This document shows, piece by piece, positions 50,815 to 61,255 of a stretch of 64,000 bases of DNA. This DNA is from Patescibacteria group bacterium (lineage in GTDB: Bacteria > Patescibacteriota > Minisyncoccia > UBA6257 > JACRHW01), in assembly GCA_028865725.1 (NCBI GenBank), contig JAGWJP010000002.1, forward strand, positions 40,050 to 104,049, in the 5' to 3' direction. The notes under the pieces are model-generated. The model did no database searches, was not told where the DNA came from, and saw nothing but the letters and a program-made list of their open reading frames with translations. The stretch's first letter is position 1; each line of letters begins with the position of its first letter. A program made the translations under genes and the position numbers.

Positions 50815-51369
50815 TCAAAGAGTTCGATTATGATATTTTTTCCCAAGAATAATTGCGCGACGTGCTGCCTCATGCGGCGTAGCAACTTCTTCAATGATTA
50901 TTCGTTTTCGCCCGTCAAGATATTCGCCCGCAAGACGATCGCTCCATCCGCCTGTTCCTTTCATAACCACCACAGGAATGTTTGCTTGATAAGCAATCGC
51001 TATCTCAGTAAGAGTTCCTGAGCCACCGCTTACCGCGATCACCGCATCGCAACTTAATACCAGCGCCATCTCGCGCCCGCCCCCGCGCTCGAGGCCTGTG
51101 GCAATTACCACATCAACCTGTTTTTCTATTATCGCCAATCCCTTCCCATAGGTAATTCCGACAGTAAGCCCACCCCCGCGTTTCGCCCCGCGACAAGCTG
51201 CGGTAGAGAGTGAATCAAAATCTTTTTCTGCGCCAAACAAAAGCACGGCCCCCTTTTTCGCGACCTCATACCCGATCTCCTCCGCGATTCTTTCAATATC
51301 CTTGGAATACTTAAGATCGGCTGCGGAGCCCATAACGCCAATTTGTAGTTTTCTTTTTTCTGTTCTCAT
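50815..51369 (-). CDS. TIGR00725-type SLOG/LOG-like Rossmann-fold protein
   Basis: IGVMGSA...GAEKD...GGSGTLTEIA pattern of the DprA/LOG/SLOG superfamily. Confidence 0.6.
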   Translation of the reverse strand: MRTEKRKLQIGVMGSAADLKYSKDIERIAEEIGYEVAKKGAVLLFGAEKDFDSLSTAACRGAKRGGGLTVGITYGKGLAIIEKQVDVVIATGLERGGGREMALVLSCDAVIAVSGGSGTLTEIAIAYQANIPVVVMKGTGGWSDRLAGEYLDGRKRIIIEEVATPHEAARRAIILGKKYHNRTL

Positions 51370-51411
51370 AATATGGGTATTTTATCGAGCTCACGTATTT
51401 TGTGTAAAAAA

Positions 51412-51711
51412 TTAGCGGGTTTTGTTTAACATCCTTCTGTATCCCCCTGCCCCTTTCTTCATCCACGCGTGAATCCGAGCGATAGTGGTTGAGCTCATTT
51501 TTGTTTCTTCTTCTATAGATTTATAGGAATCCCCTACAGCAAGCATACGCACCACCTTCCACCTTCGCCCAAACTCCTCAATCTCTTTCTCAGTCAACAA
51601 ATCACGAAAAAAAATGCGGGCCTCATTGATGTCTTTTAACATAAGAACCGCGGCAAATAGTGCACGAACGTCCTTAGTAAACCAATCTTGTTTTTCCTGT
51701 ATCTTTTTCAT
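51412..51711 (-). CDS. YerC/YecD-family (TrpR-like) small DNA-binding protein
   Basis: 99 aa; LLTEKEIEEFGRRWKVVRML...SYKSIEEETKMSSTTIARI resembles the TrpR-like YerC family. Confidence 0.65.
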   Translation of the reverse strand: MKKIQEKQDWFTKDVRALFAAVLMLKDINEARIFFRDLLTEKEIEEFGRRWKVVRMLAVGDSYKSIEEETKMSSTTIARIHAWMKKGAGGYRRMLNKTR

Positions 51712-51812
51712 ATCACTTTAGTATACTAAAGTGATTTTCAAAAGTCAAGTACCCAAAAAAATTTAATAAAAAACCTCGCGCATAGAGCCGAGGCCTCTTT
51801 TACCTTTATCTT

Positions 51813-52184
51813 TTACATCGTAGTATGCACACCCCTAGAATCACGGAAACGTGAAAATATCACAGACTCTCGCACCACACACTGAATAATATAGTCCCTC
51901 TCAAGAATTGTATTCGAAGTTAATGCGTCCACAATCGCTTCAGCAATACCTGGATGAAGTGGCCCATACCCCTGAGTGACATCAATGCTGACAATAAGCG
52001 GCATAGGTTCCGATCTGTAACGGTAGGCACGGAAATGCTCGCCTTCTCTCTCAAAACTTACTGTCAAGTCTGACTCCTCAATGAAAAAAACTTCTTTTAA
52101 ATGTGCAAAAATAGCCTCTCGAATCTTCCATTCTTCCACACCTCCATGCATTCCGTGCAAAGAAACAATAACCTGCGGCATCAT
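51813..52184 (-). CDS. hypothetical protein, possibly tandem tautomerase (4-OT)-like halves
   Basis: Two ~60-aa halves, each beginning MP(Q/L)(V/I)IVS, as in the Pro-1 tautomerase superfamily; weak. Confidence 0.3.
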   Translation of the reverse strand: MMPQVIVSLHGMHGGVEEWKIREAIFAHLKEVFFIEESDLTVSFEREGEHFRAYRYRSEPMPLIVSIDVTQGYGPLHPGIAEAIVDALTSNTILERDYIIQCVVRESVIFSRFRDSRGVHTTM

Positions 52185-52322
52185 ATGATCCCCTTTCTTC
52201 ATTACGATCTAAATGGTATTATACCACATTCTAATACTATTTATCAATAGTGCATCTAATATCCTCCTTGCGCTATACTAAGAATACATAATGAGTGCAA
52301 CAATTTATCATATTAATATTAT

Positions 52323-53039
52323 ATGACTGAAGAACAACGAAAAAAATTAAATGTACCGGCCTCCAAACTTCCCGTATTTGAAGAACCGACTGATTTTCGG
52401 GCATCACTTCATTGGAAGGTTTTTCGCATTATGGCGGAGATGGTGGACGGGTGGCAATTTATCGCAGATTTCAAAAAGACCGTAACCTTTTTTGGTTCGG
52501 CGCGTTTTCCTGAGAACAACAAATGGTATAAAACCGCGGAACAACTCGGGAAACTTCTTGCGGAACACGGGTTTGGCGTAATCACAGGAGGAGGCCCGGG
52601 TATCATGGAGGGTGGAAATCGCGGTGCACACGAAGCGGGCGGCACCTCGGTGGGGCTTAACATCAAACTTCCTGCAGAACAACGTATCAACCCTTACGTA
52701 AACGCAAGCATCGCATTTCATTACTTCTTCACAAGAAAAGTGATGCTCTCCTATGCTGCACAAGCGTACGTCTACTTTCCCGGAGGATTTGGTACCCTTG
52801 ATGAGTTCTTTGAGCTTGTAACCCTCATTCAAACCAAAAAGATCGCGACTCATATCCCCGTAATCCTGTTGGGTCGAGAATACTGGGGGCCGCTCAATGA
52901 ATGGATTCGCACGCAAGTATACGGCACGTTCCATGCAATTGATGAAGAAGACATGAATATTTATCAAATTGTGGATACTTCCGAAGAGGCGCTCGAGATA
53001 ATTCTTAAAACCCCCGAACGAAAGGATCTCGGATACTAA
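52323..53039 (+). CDS. LOG-family protein (nucleotide 5'-monophosphate phosphoribohydrolase, TIGR00730)
   Basis: VTFFGSAR, GGGPGIMEG and PGGFGTLDE motifs. Confidence 0.8.
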   Translation: MTEEQRKKLNVPASKLPVFEEPTDFRASLHWKVFRIMAEMVDGWQFIADFKKTVTFFGSARFPENNKWYKTAEQLGKLLAEHGFGVITGGGPGIMEGGNRGAHEAGGTSVGLNIKLPAEQRINPYVNASIAFHYFFTRKVMLSYAAQAYVYFPGGFGTLDEFFELVTLIQTKKIATHIPVILLGREYWGPLNEWIRTQVYGTFHAIDEEDMNIYQIVDTSEEALEIILKTPERKDLGY

Positions 53040-53065
53040 TACGGTATCTGTCTCTCTTTACCCTA

Positions 53066-53100
53066 CTACAAAACCCCACTTTCTTACGGGGTTTTGTAGT
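53066..53100 (+). terminator. Rho-independent terminator after the LOG gene
   Basis: acaaaacccc-actttcttac-ggggttttgt followed by a T-rich stretch. Confidence 0.6.
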
Positions 53101-53198
53101 ATCATGCCGCACCCATGGACTTGCGAAACTCTTGAAAAAACTTTACAATCGTAGCATTGTAGATTACTCATTTTTTATAACCCTATACATAACGTGGT

Positions 53199-55187
53199 AT
53201 GAACTATCTCCCTCTCGGGGTATCCGCTCTAGGAATCCTCTATAGCGTGTACCTTATCCAGTCCGTGCTCTCGCTCCCTGCGGGAGACGAAAAAATGAAA
53301 CAAATATCGCATGCGGTTCAAGAAGGATCAGAAGCCTATCTTGCGCGGCAAAACAAGGCAGTGTTTGTAGTAGCGGTCGTCATTGCAATCGTACTCTGGT
53401 TTACCCTTGGGACACTCACTACTCTTGGATTTATTGTAGGTGCATTTCTTTCTGGTCTTGCAGGATACCTTGGAATGAACGTTGCCGTCCGGGCAAACGC
53501 GCGCACCACCGAAGCCGCAAAACAAGGCATGCAGCGTGCACTTGATGTGGCATTCAAAGGAGGCGCAGTCACGGGAGTCCTCGTAGTCTCTCTCGGTCTT
53601 CTCGCTGTAAGCGGTTATTTTATGCTCACCCATAATGTCACAAGTCTTGTGGGGCTTGGATTTGGCGCAAGCTTGATTTCTACTTTCGCACGTCTTGGGG
53701 GCGGAATCTTTACGAAAAGCGCTGACGTGGGCGCTGATCTTGTGGGAAAAGTGGAAGCGGGTCTCCCGGAAGATGATCCTCGCAACCCTGCGGTCATCGC
53801 GGATAACGTAGGAGATAATGTGGGCGATTGCGCAGGAATGGCTGCTGATTTGTTTGAAACCTATACTGTTACCATTATTGCCGCGATGCTTCTTACCAAC
53901 CTCATCTTTCCCAACAATGCCGTACTTCTCATGCTCCCCTTCCAAATCGGCGCACTCGCAATCATCGCATCGATTTTAGGACTCTATTTTGTAAAACTTG
54001 ATCGTTCGCAGGACATTATGCGCGCCCTCTATAAAGGCCTTCTTGGAAGCGCGATCCTTGCAGGATTATTCTTTGCCGGATTTATCAAATACTTCCTCGG
54101 CGACACAGGAGGAGTGATCTCAAATCGCAATATATTCTTCGCGCTTCTTATTGGACTTCTTGTGACTGCGCTTATCGTATGGATCACCGATTACTACACT
54201 GCAAAGAAATATAAGCCAGTGCAACACGTTGCAGAAGCGGCAAACTCAGGACATGGGACAAACGTAATCATGGGTCTCGCCGTAGGACTTGAAGCGACAG
54301 TGCTCCCCGTGTTTATTATTGTGGCCGCCACGCTTCTTGCATTTCATTTTGCAGGACTCTATGGCATTGCGCTTGCCGTACTCGGCATGCTATCTCTCAC
54401 GGGAATTGTTGTTGCAATTGACTCATTCGGCCCGATCACTGATAACGCAGGCGGTATCGCTGAAATGACTCAACAACCCGAATCTGTACGAACCATTACC
54501 GATGCCCTCGACGCAGTAGGCAACACCACGAAAGCAGTGACGAAAGGGTATGCGATTGCTTCCGCAGGACTTGCCGCACTTGTTCTCTTCTCCTCATATA
54601 TCCAAGAAGTAGAAGCCACAGGCCACAAACTCGAGCTCGTACTCCAAGATCCGTGGGTGCTTGCCGGGATTCTCATAGGAGCAAGCATCCCTTATCTCTT
54701 TGCGTCGATCGCCATGCGCGCAGTGAGCAAGACAGCACAGTCAGTGGTACATGAAGTACGTACCCAGTTGAAAGAAAATCCGAATATCCTCGAAGGAAAG
54801 GAGCTTCCTGATTACGCACGCACCGTTGATATTGTCACAAAAGCAGCACTCAAAGAAATGTCACTCCCCGCTCTCATTCCTATCGCAAGTGTTATCTTGG
54901 TTGGTTTGCTTCTGGGTGCAAAGGCGGTGGGCGGTCTTCTTATCGGAACTATCATCACCGGCATCTTCCTTGCACTTTCTATGACAACGGGCGGTGCAGC
55001 ATGGGATAATGCAAAAAAATACATTGAAGAAGGCCATTTTGGAGGAAAAAAATCTCCCGCACACCAAGCTGCGGTTACCGGCGATACCGTAGGAGATGTC
55101 TACAAAGACACCGCAGGTCCCGCAATTAATCCCATGATCAAAGTAGTGAATATTGTCGCATTGCTGCTCGTCCGCTTCTTAAAGTAG
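53199..55187 (+). CDS. hppA: membrane-bound proton/sodium-translocating pyrophosphatase
   Basis: 662 aa; ~16 TM helices; conserved V-PPase motifs ([39 protein letters not shown]). Confidence 0.9.
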   Translation: MNYLPLGVSALGILYSVYLIQSVLSLPAGDEKMKQISHAVQEGSEAYLARQNKAVFVVAVVIAIVLWFTLGTLTTLGFIVGAFLSGLAGYLGMNVAVRANARTTEAAKQGMQRALDVAFKGGAVTGVLVVSLGLLAVSGYFMLTHNVTSLVGLGFGASLISTFARLGGGIFTKSADVGADLVGKVEAGLPEDDPRNPAVIADNVGDNVGDCAGMAADLFETYTVTIIAAMLLTNLIFPNNAVLLMLPFQIGALAIIASILGLYFVKLDRSQDIMRALYKGLLGSAILAGLFFAGFIKYFLGDTGGVISNRNIFFALLIGLLVTALIVWITDYYTAKKYKPVQHVAEAANSGHGTNVIMGLAVGLEATVLPVFIIVAATLLAFHFAGLYGIALAVLGMLSLTGIVVAIDSFGPITDNAGGIAEMTQQPESVRTITDALDAVGNTTKAVTKGYAIASAGLAALVLFSSYIQEVEATGHKLELVLQDPWVLAGILIGASIPYLFASIAMRAVSKTAQSVVHEVRTQLKENPNILEGKELPDYARTVDIVTKAALKEMSLPALIPIASVILVGLLLGAKAVGGLLIGTIITGIFLALSMTTGGAAWDNAKKYIEEGHFGGKKSPAHQAAVTGDTVGDVYKDTAGPAINPMIKVVNIVALLLVRFLK

Positions 55188-55316
55188 AACGTACATATTG
55201 AGGGAATTTCTTTGTCAAAACCTGTGATCCTCAACTCGAAATACCATTTTCGTATTCTTCGTTTCAGTGCTCGGTTTTTCCTCGAACCTCATCTCAATCT
55301 GTATGTTCTATAACGC

Positions 55317-55348
55317 AAAACCGTCTCGAGTTTCGGGGCGGTTTTTGT
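55317..55348 (+). terminator. Rho-independent terminator after hppA
   Basis: aaaaccg-tctcgagtttcgggg-cggttttt. Confidence 0.55.
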
Positions 55349-55395
55349 TGCACACCCGTCTTGCATCTGTTAGGATTGAAGGAGTTTCTTGAAAA

Positions 55396-55424
55396 AGCGC
55401 ACACAGCCTCATGAGACTGTGTGC
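55396..55424 (+). promoter_or_regulatory. perfect 9-bp stem hairpin immediately upstream of an SD (aaaggagg) and small ORF
   Basis: cgcacacag-cctcatgaga-ctgtgtgcg, then taaaGGAGG, 10 nt, ATG at 55445. Confidence 0.35.
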
Positions 55425-55444
55425 GTAAAGGAGGTCATTCCTTT

Positions 55445-55780
55445 ATGTCGGCGTCAATTGCGGTACAGTTCTTTCTGCGCGTAAAACGCAAAGAATATAT
55501 AAAACATATCATGCGTTTACTTCGTACCCATTATAGACACACGATTATTACAGAACCGGATCGTAGAAGTGTCTTCCAAATCATGAAAACAAACCAAGTC
55601 ACTTACGAAAAAGTTTTCTCCACTACACTTGAGCTGCGTAACGAACAATCGGGAAATGGATCCCTTGGCACCGCCTATTGGGCCGCTCTCACGCCCCCCA
55701 TCATTCCTCATGCGTTACGCCCCTTTGTAGAATCTGTAGAAATAAACGTTCCTATTTCCGTGGGTTCTTCGCCAAGATAA
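55445..55780 (+). CDS. hypothetical small basic protein (111 aa), doubtful
   Basis: ORF with a good SD; no similarity recognised. Lies in an otherwise empty ~450-bp gap. Confidence 0.25.
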   Translation: MSASIAVQFFLRVKRKEYIKHIMRLLRTHYRHTIITEPDRRSVFQIMKTNQVTYEKVFSTTLELRNEQSGNGSLGTAYWAALTPPIIPHALRPFVESVEINVPISVGSSPR

Positions 55781-55810
55781 ACAATACCGCCTCTCGAAAG
55801 GCGATATTTT

Positions 55811-56707
55811 TTACATTTCGCGCAAAGCCTTGATGCGTTCCTCAATAGGCGGGTGGGTCATAAACAAAGTATGCAACCAAGGCGTTGTTTTTTTATCTTC
55901 ATAAGGATCGTTAAGCCATAAATGTGCCGTGGTGGGATTCGCGCACTGCATCGGCACGGGATGATCAGCTATTTTTTGCAATGCATCCGCAAGTCCTTCT
56001 GGATAGCGAGTAAGAAGCGCACCCGAAGCATCAGCGAGCGACTCACGTTTTCTGGAAATCGCAAGCTGCATGAGAGTCAGCGCGAGAGGAGCGAGAATGG
56101 ACAATACGATCCCTGCAATAATAAAAAAAGCGTTATTCCCTTGCTCCTCATCGCGGCTGCGGAATCCGCCCCACATCCATGAACGCAAAAACCAATTTGC
56201 CAGCAGCGAGATAAATCCTACAAGAATTACTATAATCGTGGAAAGCAACATATCTCTGTTCCCCACATGCGAAAGCTCGTGTGCAAGCACTCCTTCCAAT
56301 TCAGAACGATTCATGATTTGCAAAAGTCCTTCGGTAACAGCCACCACAGCATGCTGCGGATCGCGTCCCGTAGCAAATGCATTCGGCTGGCGCTCAGGCA
56401 CGATGTAGATTTTGGGTGTAGGAAGTCCCGCAGTAATTGCAAGATTTTCTACCAGATGATAGAGCTCTGGTGCATCATCCTCCTGCACCTCATGTGCTCC
56501 TGCCATCCCAAGCACAATTTTATCTGAATACCAATAACTGATGATACTCATTACTATGCTAAGAAGTACGGCACTATACAAAATAGGCGGATTATCATAA
56601 GCTTCCGCAAATACAAATCCCACACCAATGACCACCACAAAAAACACGATGAATGTCATCCATGTTTTGCGGATATTAGAATCTTTGTAGGTATAGAGTG
56701 TCATCAC
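55811..56707 (-). CDS. htpX: zinc metalloprotease HtpX (peptidase M48)
   Basis: Four TM helices and the HELSHVGNRD HExxH motif. Confidence 0.85.
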   Translation of the reverse strand: MMTLYTYKDSNIRKTWMTFIVFFVVVIGVGFVFAEAYDNPPILYSAVLLSIVMSIISYWYSDKIVLGMAGAHEVQEDDAPELYHLVENLAITAGLPTPKIYIVPERQPNAFATGRDPQHAVVAVTEGLLQIMNRSELEGVLAHELSHVGNRDMLLSTIIVILVGFISLLANWFLRSWMWGGFRSRDEEQGNNAFFIIAGIVLSILAPLALTLMQLAISRKRESLADASGALLTRYPEGLADALQKIADHPVPMQCANPTTAHLWLNDPYEDKKTTPWLHTLFMTHPPIEERIKALREM

Positions 56708-56716
56708 CCAAAAAAC

Positions 56717-57271
56717 CTAAAACGACACTTTGACCGGTTCCTTTTCTTCGGCATTTGCAATCTCAAAATATTCTCGCGCAGTAAATCCAAACATGTGTGC
56801 AAAAAGATTCGTAGGAAATACTGCGATTTGCGCATTAAAATCACGCGCATTGCCGTTATAAAACCGCCGCGCAGCCTGAATTTTATTTTCCGTATCCGCA
56901 AGCTCCTCTTGTAGCTTGGTAAAGCTCTCAACAGCACGAAGTTGTGGATAAGCTTCCGCAAGCGCAAATATACTCTTCAACGCCCCCGTCATCATGTTTT
57001 CCGCCGCAGCTTTTTCTGGAACAGACTGCGCGCCAAGTGCCTTCGCGCGTGCATCCATGACGTGGGTAAATACTTCGTTCTCGTGTGCCGCATACCCTTT
57101 GACCGTTTCTACGAGGTTCGGAATAAGATCGTAACGGCGCTTCAATTGCACATCAATATCCGACCACGCCTCATCCACACGCGTCTTATTTCGTACAAGC
57201 CCGTTATACGCTGCAATCACCCAAAGCACCAACAATACGATAATTCCAAGAACGAAAAATCCTGTTTGCAT
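56717..57271 (-). CDS. lemA: LemA-family protein
   Basis: N-terminal TM helix; AYNGLVRNKTRVDEAWSDIDVQLKRR conserved LemA segment. Confidence 0.8.
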   Translation of the reverse strand: MQTGFFVLGIIVLLVLWVIAAYNGLVRNKTRVDEAWSDIDVQLKRRYDLIPNLVETVKGYAAHENEVFTHVMDARAKALGAQSVPEKAAAENMMTGALKSIFALAEAYPQLRAVESFTKLQEELADTENKIQAARRFYNGNARDFNAQIAVFPTNLFAHMFGFTAREYFEIANAEEKEPVKVSF

Positions 57272-57471
57272 AATTTATGTTATTAAACAAGTTATAATGG
57301 TTTTATTATACCCATTTCACATTGAAAAAAACAGGTGCACGAGACCACCATTCTTTTCTAAAGAAAAGATCCCGTGCTATCGATTGCGTAATTCCACCTT
57401 CTTCCCCGCCTTTTTTGCATGTTTTTTCTTCGCAAGCTTTTTCTTTTTGTACATATGACTGTGTTTATTTT

Positions 57472-57858
57472 TTATAACAATTTAACAAGCGCCTGGGGGC
57501 TTTTTGCGACTCCGCGAAATAGGACAAGGCGCACGAGTTCATCATTCTCTGGTGAGAGGGCGTAGATAGGCTTTCCTGCCCCTACCGCAAAGCCGATCTC
57601 AAGCGTAGTGCCATTTCCACTATATCCGTTCTTATTGTAAATAAAAACAACATCCGCCATCCTTATCTTGTAAAAATGATCATGAGTAAGCCCCAATGCA
57701 ATCAGCTTCTTGTGTTCCATTGACTTCATCTCCTCCAATTCTTTCGGATTATGAAGGTGGGGCTCATATACCACAACACCGAGTTTTCGAAGATCGGCAG
57801 CAAGTTTTTGTATCTCCGACTTAAACCGCGTGCTTCCGCACAAGACAACTGAACGCAT
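57472..57858 (-). CDS. nucleoside 2-deoxyribosyltransferase-like protein
   Basis: VVLCGS...ADVVFIY...GTTLEIGFAVGAGKPIYAL pattern of the DRTase-like Rossmann fold. Confidence 0.45.
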   Translation of the reverse strand: MRSVVLCGSTRFKSEIQKLAADLRKLGVVVYEPHLHNPKELEEMKSMEHKKLIALGLTHDHFYKIRMADVVFIYNKNGYSGNGTTLEIGFAVGAGKPIYALSPENDELVRLVLFRGVAKSPQALVKLL

Positions 57859-58148
57859 AAAGAAATAAATTAACCATATTTTCGGAATATCACATTAATA
57901 CCATATGCCGTTGATTAATGATACAGACACATGATAACGCCTGGCAACCAAACCTGCTCATACTTTCCCGCATTTTTTCAAACCACCTGTAAAAAAGTCT
58001 TTCATACCATCCTATTGGTGGTCCCAACGGGATCGGTCACAGGTTCTCGCTTCGCGAGCCCCGCAACCCCGCCTCGCATGCACTGCGTGCATATGCTCCG
58101 GCTTTCAATTCCCGACGCAAGCCAAGCAGTTGGCTTGCTTTGGTACTG

Positions 58149-58220
58149 TGGTCCCAACGGGAATCGAACCCGTATTTACGCCTTGAAAGAGCGCTGTCCT
58201 AACCATTAGACGATGGGACC
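58149..58220 (-). tRNA. tRNA-Glu (anticodon TTC)
   Basis: Reverse complement folds by hand: acceptor GGTCCCA/TGGGACC, anticodon loop CTTTCAA, T-arm ACGGGTTCGATTCCCGT, discriminator A. Closely resembles canonical bacterial tRNA-Glu. Confidence 0.8.
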
Positions 58221-58493
58221 ACTATCTTCTATCTTGACGAAAACTAACAAAATAACTACTCTTTAAATTACCATTCATTCTATCAGAGTATTTGAAACTT
58301 ACAACAGATAGTGTAAAATCGCAAGTAGGCTTCTGAATGAAAAGACCGAGCGATCTAGGGCGATCACAGCGCGCCTCGCACTAAAAAGGAGGGTGTCTGG
58401 GCGGTTGAAAGAGACAGTCTTGAAAACTGTTATACACGAAAGGAGTTAAATCTGTTAACAGCAAATTTAACAGGGTTCGTTCCGTAATAAAGC

Positions 58494-58578
58494 GGAGGGT
58501 TGGCCGAGTGGTTTATGGCGCTGGTCTTGAAAACCAGTTGAGGGAAACCTCTCACAGGTTCAAATCCTGTACCCTCCG
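58494..58578 (+). tRNA. tRNA-Ser (anticodon TGA)
   Basis: Acceptor GGAGGGT/ACCCTCC, anticodon arm CTGGT-CTTGAAA-ACCAG, long variable arm, T-arm ACAGGTTCAAATCCTGT. Confidence 0.8.
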
Positions 58579-58802
58579 CTTTGAAACGTATAACCATTCC
58601 ACCCCTTCCGCAAATGGGATTTTTGAGTGAAAAGCCTTGATGAGAACAGGGCTTTTTGGTTCTGACATTGTCGAAAAACCAAAAATGGCAGTGACAAGCA
58701 TTGACGCAAATACTACCCACAATAATAGTTTAAATCCCGACTGATGCATGTTCAAAAATCTCATCTTGAGCAATTCTCCATTTTCCGTAAAGCTCCTCAA
58801 CT

Positions 58803-60920
58803 CTAAATCTTTTGATTGCGGAGGAGAACCGCGTTTGCGGCAACAATTACGGTCGAAAGCGACATAAAGACGGCTCCGATTGCGGGAGTAAACAGTATCC
58901 CCCACGGCGCCAAGACACCGGCTGCAAGCGGTATTGCCACAATGTTATATCCTGCCGCCCACCACAGATTTTGTATCATCTTTACATAGGTAAGCTGCGA
59001 AAGATGAATAACTTTCGCAATATCGCGCGGATCATTACGCACCAAAATAATACCTGCGGACTCAATCGCCACATTCGTGCCTGCTCCGATTGCAATGCCA
59101 AGATCTGCTTCAGTAAGTGCGGGAGCGTCGTTGACTCCGTCCCCTACCATTGCCACCTTCTGCCCTTTCGATTGCAAGAATTTTACTTTTTCAGATTTTT
59201 GCTCCGGAAAGACATTCGCAAAATACTCATCGATGTTCAATTCACCTGCCACCCATCGCGCCACATCCTCCGCATCTCCCGTCACCATAGCGGTTTTTAT
59301 TCCCATAGCACGCAATGTAGCAACCGCCTCGCGTGACTCCTCGCGAATTACGTCAGCACATGCAATTGCCCCCAATACTACACCGTCCTGCATCACCATG
59401 TTTATCGTTTTCCCTTGCTGTGCGTAGGTAGTTACTTGCGCCGTAAGTGCATCACTTAATTTGACCCCCTGTTCTTTGGCAAGCGCAACGCTCCCCACCA
59501 CAATCTCCTTATGCCCCACCTCCGCGCGCACGCCCTTACCAGGAATTCTTTGCACATTCTTGACCCCTGGAAGTGTTATCCCTTTTTGCGTTGCGTAGTC
59601 GACGATTGCTTTCGCGAGTGGGTGCTCTGACTGCATATTGACCGCCGCGGCATAACGCAATATTTCCTCATTGTTATGTGATGCTTCTTGAAGCACCGCA
59701 TCTACGCCAAACGCGCCACGTGTGAGTGTTCCTGTTTTATCAAACAACACCACATCAATATTGCGCGCTGCCTCGAGTGCAAGTCGTTGTTTTACCAACA
59801 AACCATTGCGTGCCGCCTTTGTAGTCGATATCGAGGCCACAAGAGGAATTGCAAGCCCCAATGCATGGGGACACGCGATCACGAGCACTGCGACCATTCG
59901 ATTGATCGCAAACGCAGGATCAGCAAACACAAGCCATGTGACAAGAGTACCTCCTCCCGCTCCTATTGCAACAAGCGTTAAATAGTAGGCAGCACGATCA
60001 GAAAATATCTGAATCCTCGACTTCGAACTCTGCGCCTCAGCCACAAGACGCATCACTCCTGCCAAAAATGTTTCTTCACCTATTTTAGTAACACGGACAG
60101 TAAGCGCGCCGTCTCCATTAGTAGTTCCTGCGATGACCGCATCACCTTGCTTTTTTGAGACTGGTTTCGATTCTCCTGTGACAATCGACTCGTTCACCTC
60201 GGAAACTCCTTCTTGTATCACTCCATCGGCAGGAATACGTCCGCCTGGTTTCACGAGCACCATATCCCCTTTTTGGAGCTCTGCAAGTGGAATACGCACC
60301 ACTGCTCCATCCCTCATAACCTCTGCGGTATCGGGTAATAGTTTTGATAACTCCTTCAAAGCACTCTGGGCCCCTGAAACCGCACGCATTTCAATCCAAT
60401 GCCCCAAGAGCATCACGGTAATAAGAGTAGAAAGCTCCCAATAGAGCGTTCCCGTTTTTCCAAGGAAGGTGATCACCACGCTATAGCTATACGCCACTGA
60501 GATTGCAAGTGCAATCAGCGTCATCATACCGGGCAGACGCGCCTTCAACTCACGATACGCCGATGCAACAAAAAGCCACCCCCCATAAAAGAAAATAATG
60601 GACGAAAGTATAATTTGTATATAGGAGGAACCGGGAAAAACCCACGCATGATACCCCACAAACTTTTGAACCACATCCGAATACACTACCACAGGAATAG
60701 ATAGAATAAAGCTCACCCAAAACTTCATCTTAAAGATATTCGTGCTGTTGCCATTTTTCTTCGAAATCATGCCGCCATGCTCATGATGGGCGTCACCTGC
60801 ATCCGTAGATACAAGATTCATGCCGCACTCAGGGCAAAGACCTGGACTTTCCTGCTTGATCTCGGGATGCATGGGACATGTATAGAGTGTCGATTCCTGA
60901 TTATGATGTTCGTGATGCAT
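58803..60920 (-). CDS. heavy-metal (copper) P1B-type ATPase, CPH subtype with His-rich/zinc-ribbon-like N-terminus
   Basis: His-rich N-terminus (MHHEHHNQE) with CPMH...CPECG; TM CPH motif (IACPHALGL); DKTGTLT phosphorylation site; GDGVNDAP hinge. Confidence 0.85.
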   Translation of the reverse strand: MHHEHHNQESTLYTCPMHPEIKQESPGLCPECGMNLVSTDAGDAHHEHGGMISKKNGNSTNIFKMKFWVSFILSIPVVVYSDVVQKFVGYHAWVFPGSSYIQIILSSIIFFYGGWLFVASAYRELKARLPGMMTLIALAISVAYSYSVVITFLGKTGTLYWELSTLITVMLLGHWIEMRAVSGAQSALKELSKLLPDTAEVMRDGAVVRIPLAELQKGDMVLVKPGGRIPADGVIQEGVSEVNESIVTGESKPVSKKQGDAVIAGTTNGDGALTVRVTKIGEETFLAGVMRLVAEAQSSKSRIQIFSDRAAYYLTLVAIGAGGGTLVTWLVFADPAFAINRMVAVLVIACPHALGLAIPLVASISTTKAARNGLLVKQRLALEAARNIDVVLFDKTGTLTRGAFGVDAVLQEASHNNEEILRYAAAVNMQSEHPLAKAIVDYATQKGITLPGVKNVQRIPGKGVRAEVGHKEIVVGSVALAKEQGVKLSDALTAQVTTYAQQGKTINMVMQDGVVLGAIACADVIREESREAVATLRAMGIKTAMVTGDAEDVARWVAGELNIDEYFANVFPEQKSEKVKFLQSKGQKVAMVGDGVNDAPALTEADLGIAIGAGTNVAIESAGIILVRNDPRDIAKVIHLSQLTYVKMIQNLWWAAGYNIVAIPLAAGVLAPWGILFTPAIGAVFMSLSTVIVAANAVLLRNQKI

Positions 60921-60951
60921 GAAATAAAAAATTGAAATTAATCACCAACGC

Positions 60952-61221
60952 CTACTTCTCCTCTGAAACACAAATACTATTACAAAGCCATGCGAAGAAA
61001 GCCCCCAATACCCAACCATAACCAAACGATTCCACTACGCCAATACCCGCCCCCGCAACGCTCATGGTGAAACCTGGATATGCAATACGAAGAAGATTCG
61101 CATGAAGATCTCTTAACACGGGATCAGTAAATAAGAGGCCCCACCACATACAAAGAAGAAAAAAGACAACTGAAATAATACCTACCACATTCCCTGTTCT
61201 TTTAATATGTAACATATTCAT
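60952..61221 (-). CDS. hypothetical small membrane protein (3 TM)
   Basis: 89 aa; lies between the Met-rich protein gene and the P-type ATPase gene. Confidence 0.4.
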   Translation of the reverse strand: MNMLHIKRTGNVVGIISVVFFLLCMWWGLLFTDPVLRDLHANLLRIAYPGFTMSVAGAGIGVVESFGYGWVLGAFFAWLCNSICVSEEK

Positions 61222-61255
61222 GTTATTGTTATTCGTGTACTATATCGCATTTACA

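Noticed and set aside
55421-55780. GTG-initiated version of the small ORF (track start 55421)
   Set aside because: The GTG lies inside the hairpin and upstream of the SD. The ATG at 55445 with 10-nt spacing from GGAGG is the only plausible start, and the ORF itself remains doubtful.
57931-58905. Track ORFs 57931..58209(+), 58430..58720(-), 58552..58905(-)
   Set aside because: They overlap tRNA-Glu, tRNA-Ser and their flanks. These are GC-rich structured RNA regions, not coding.
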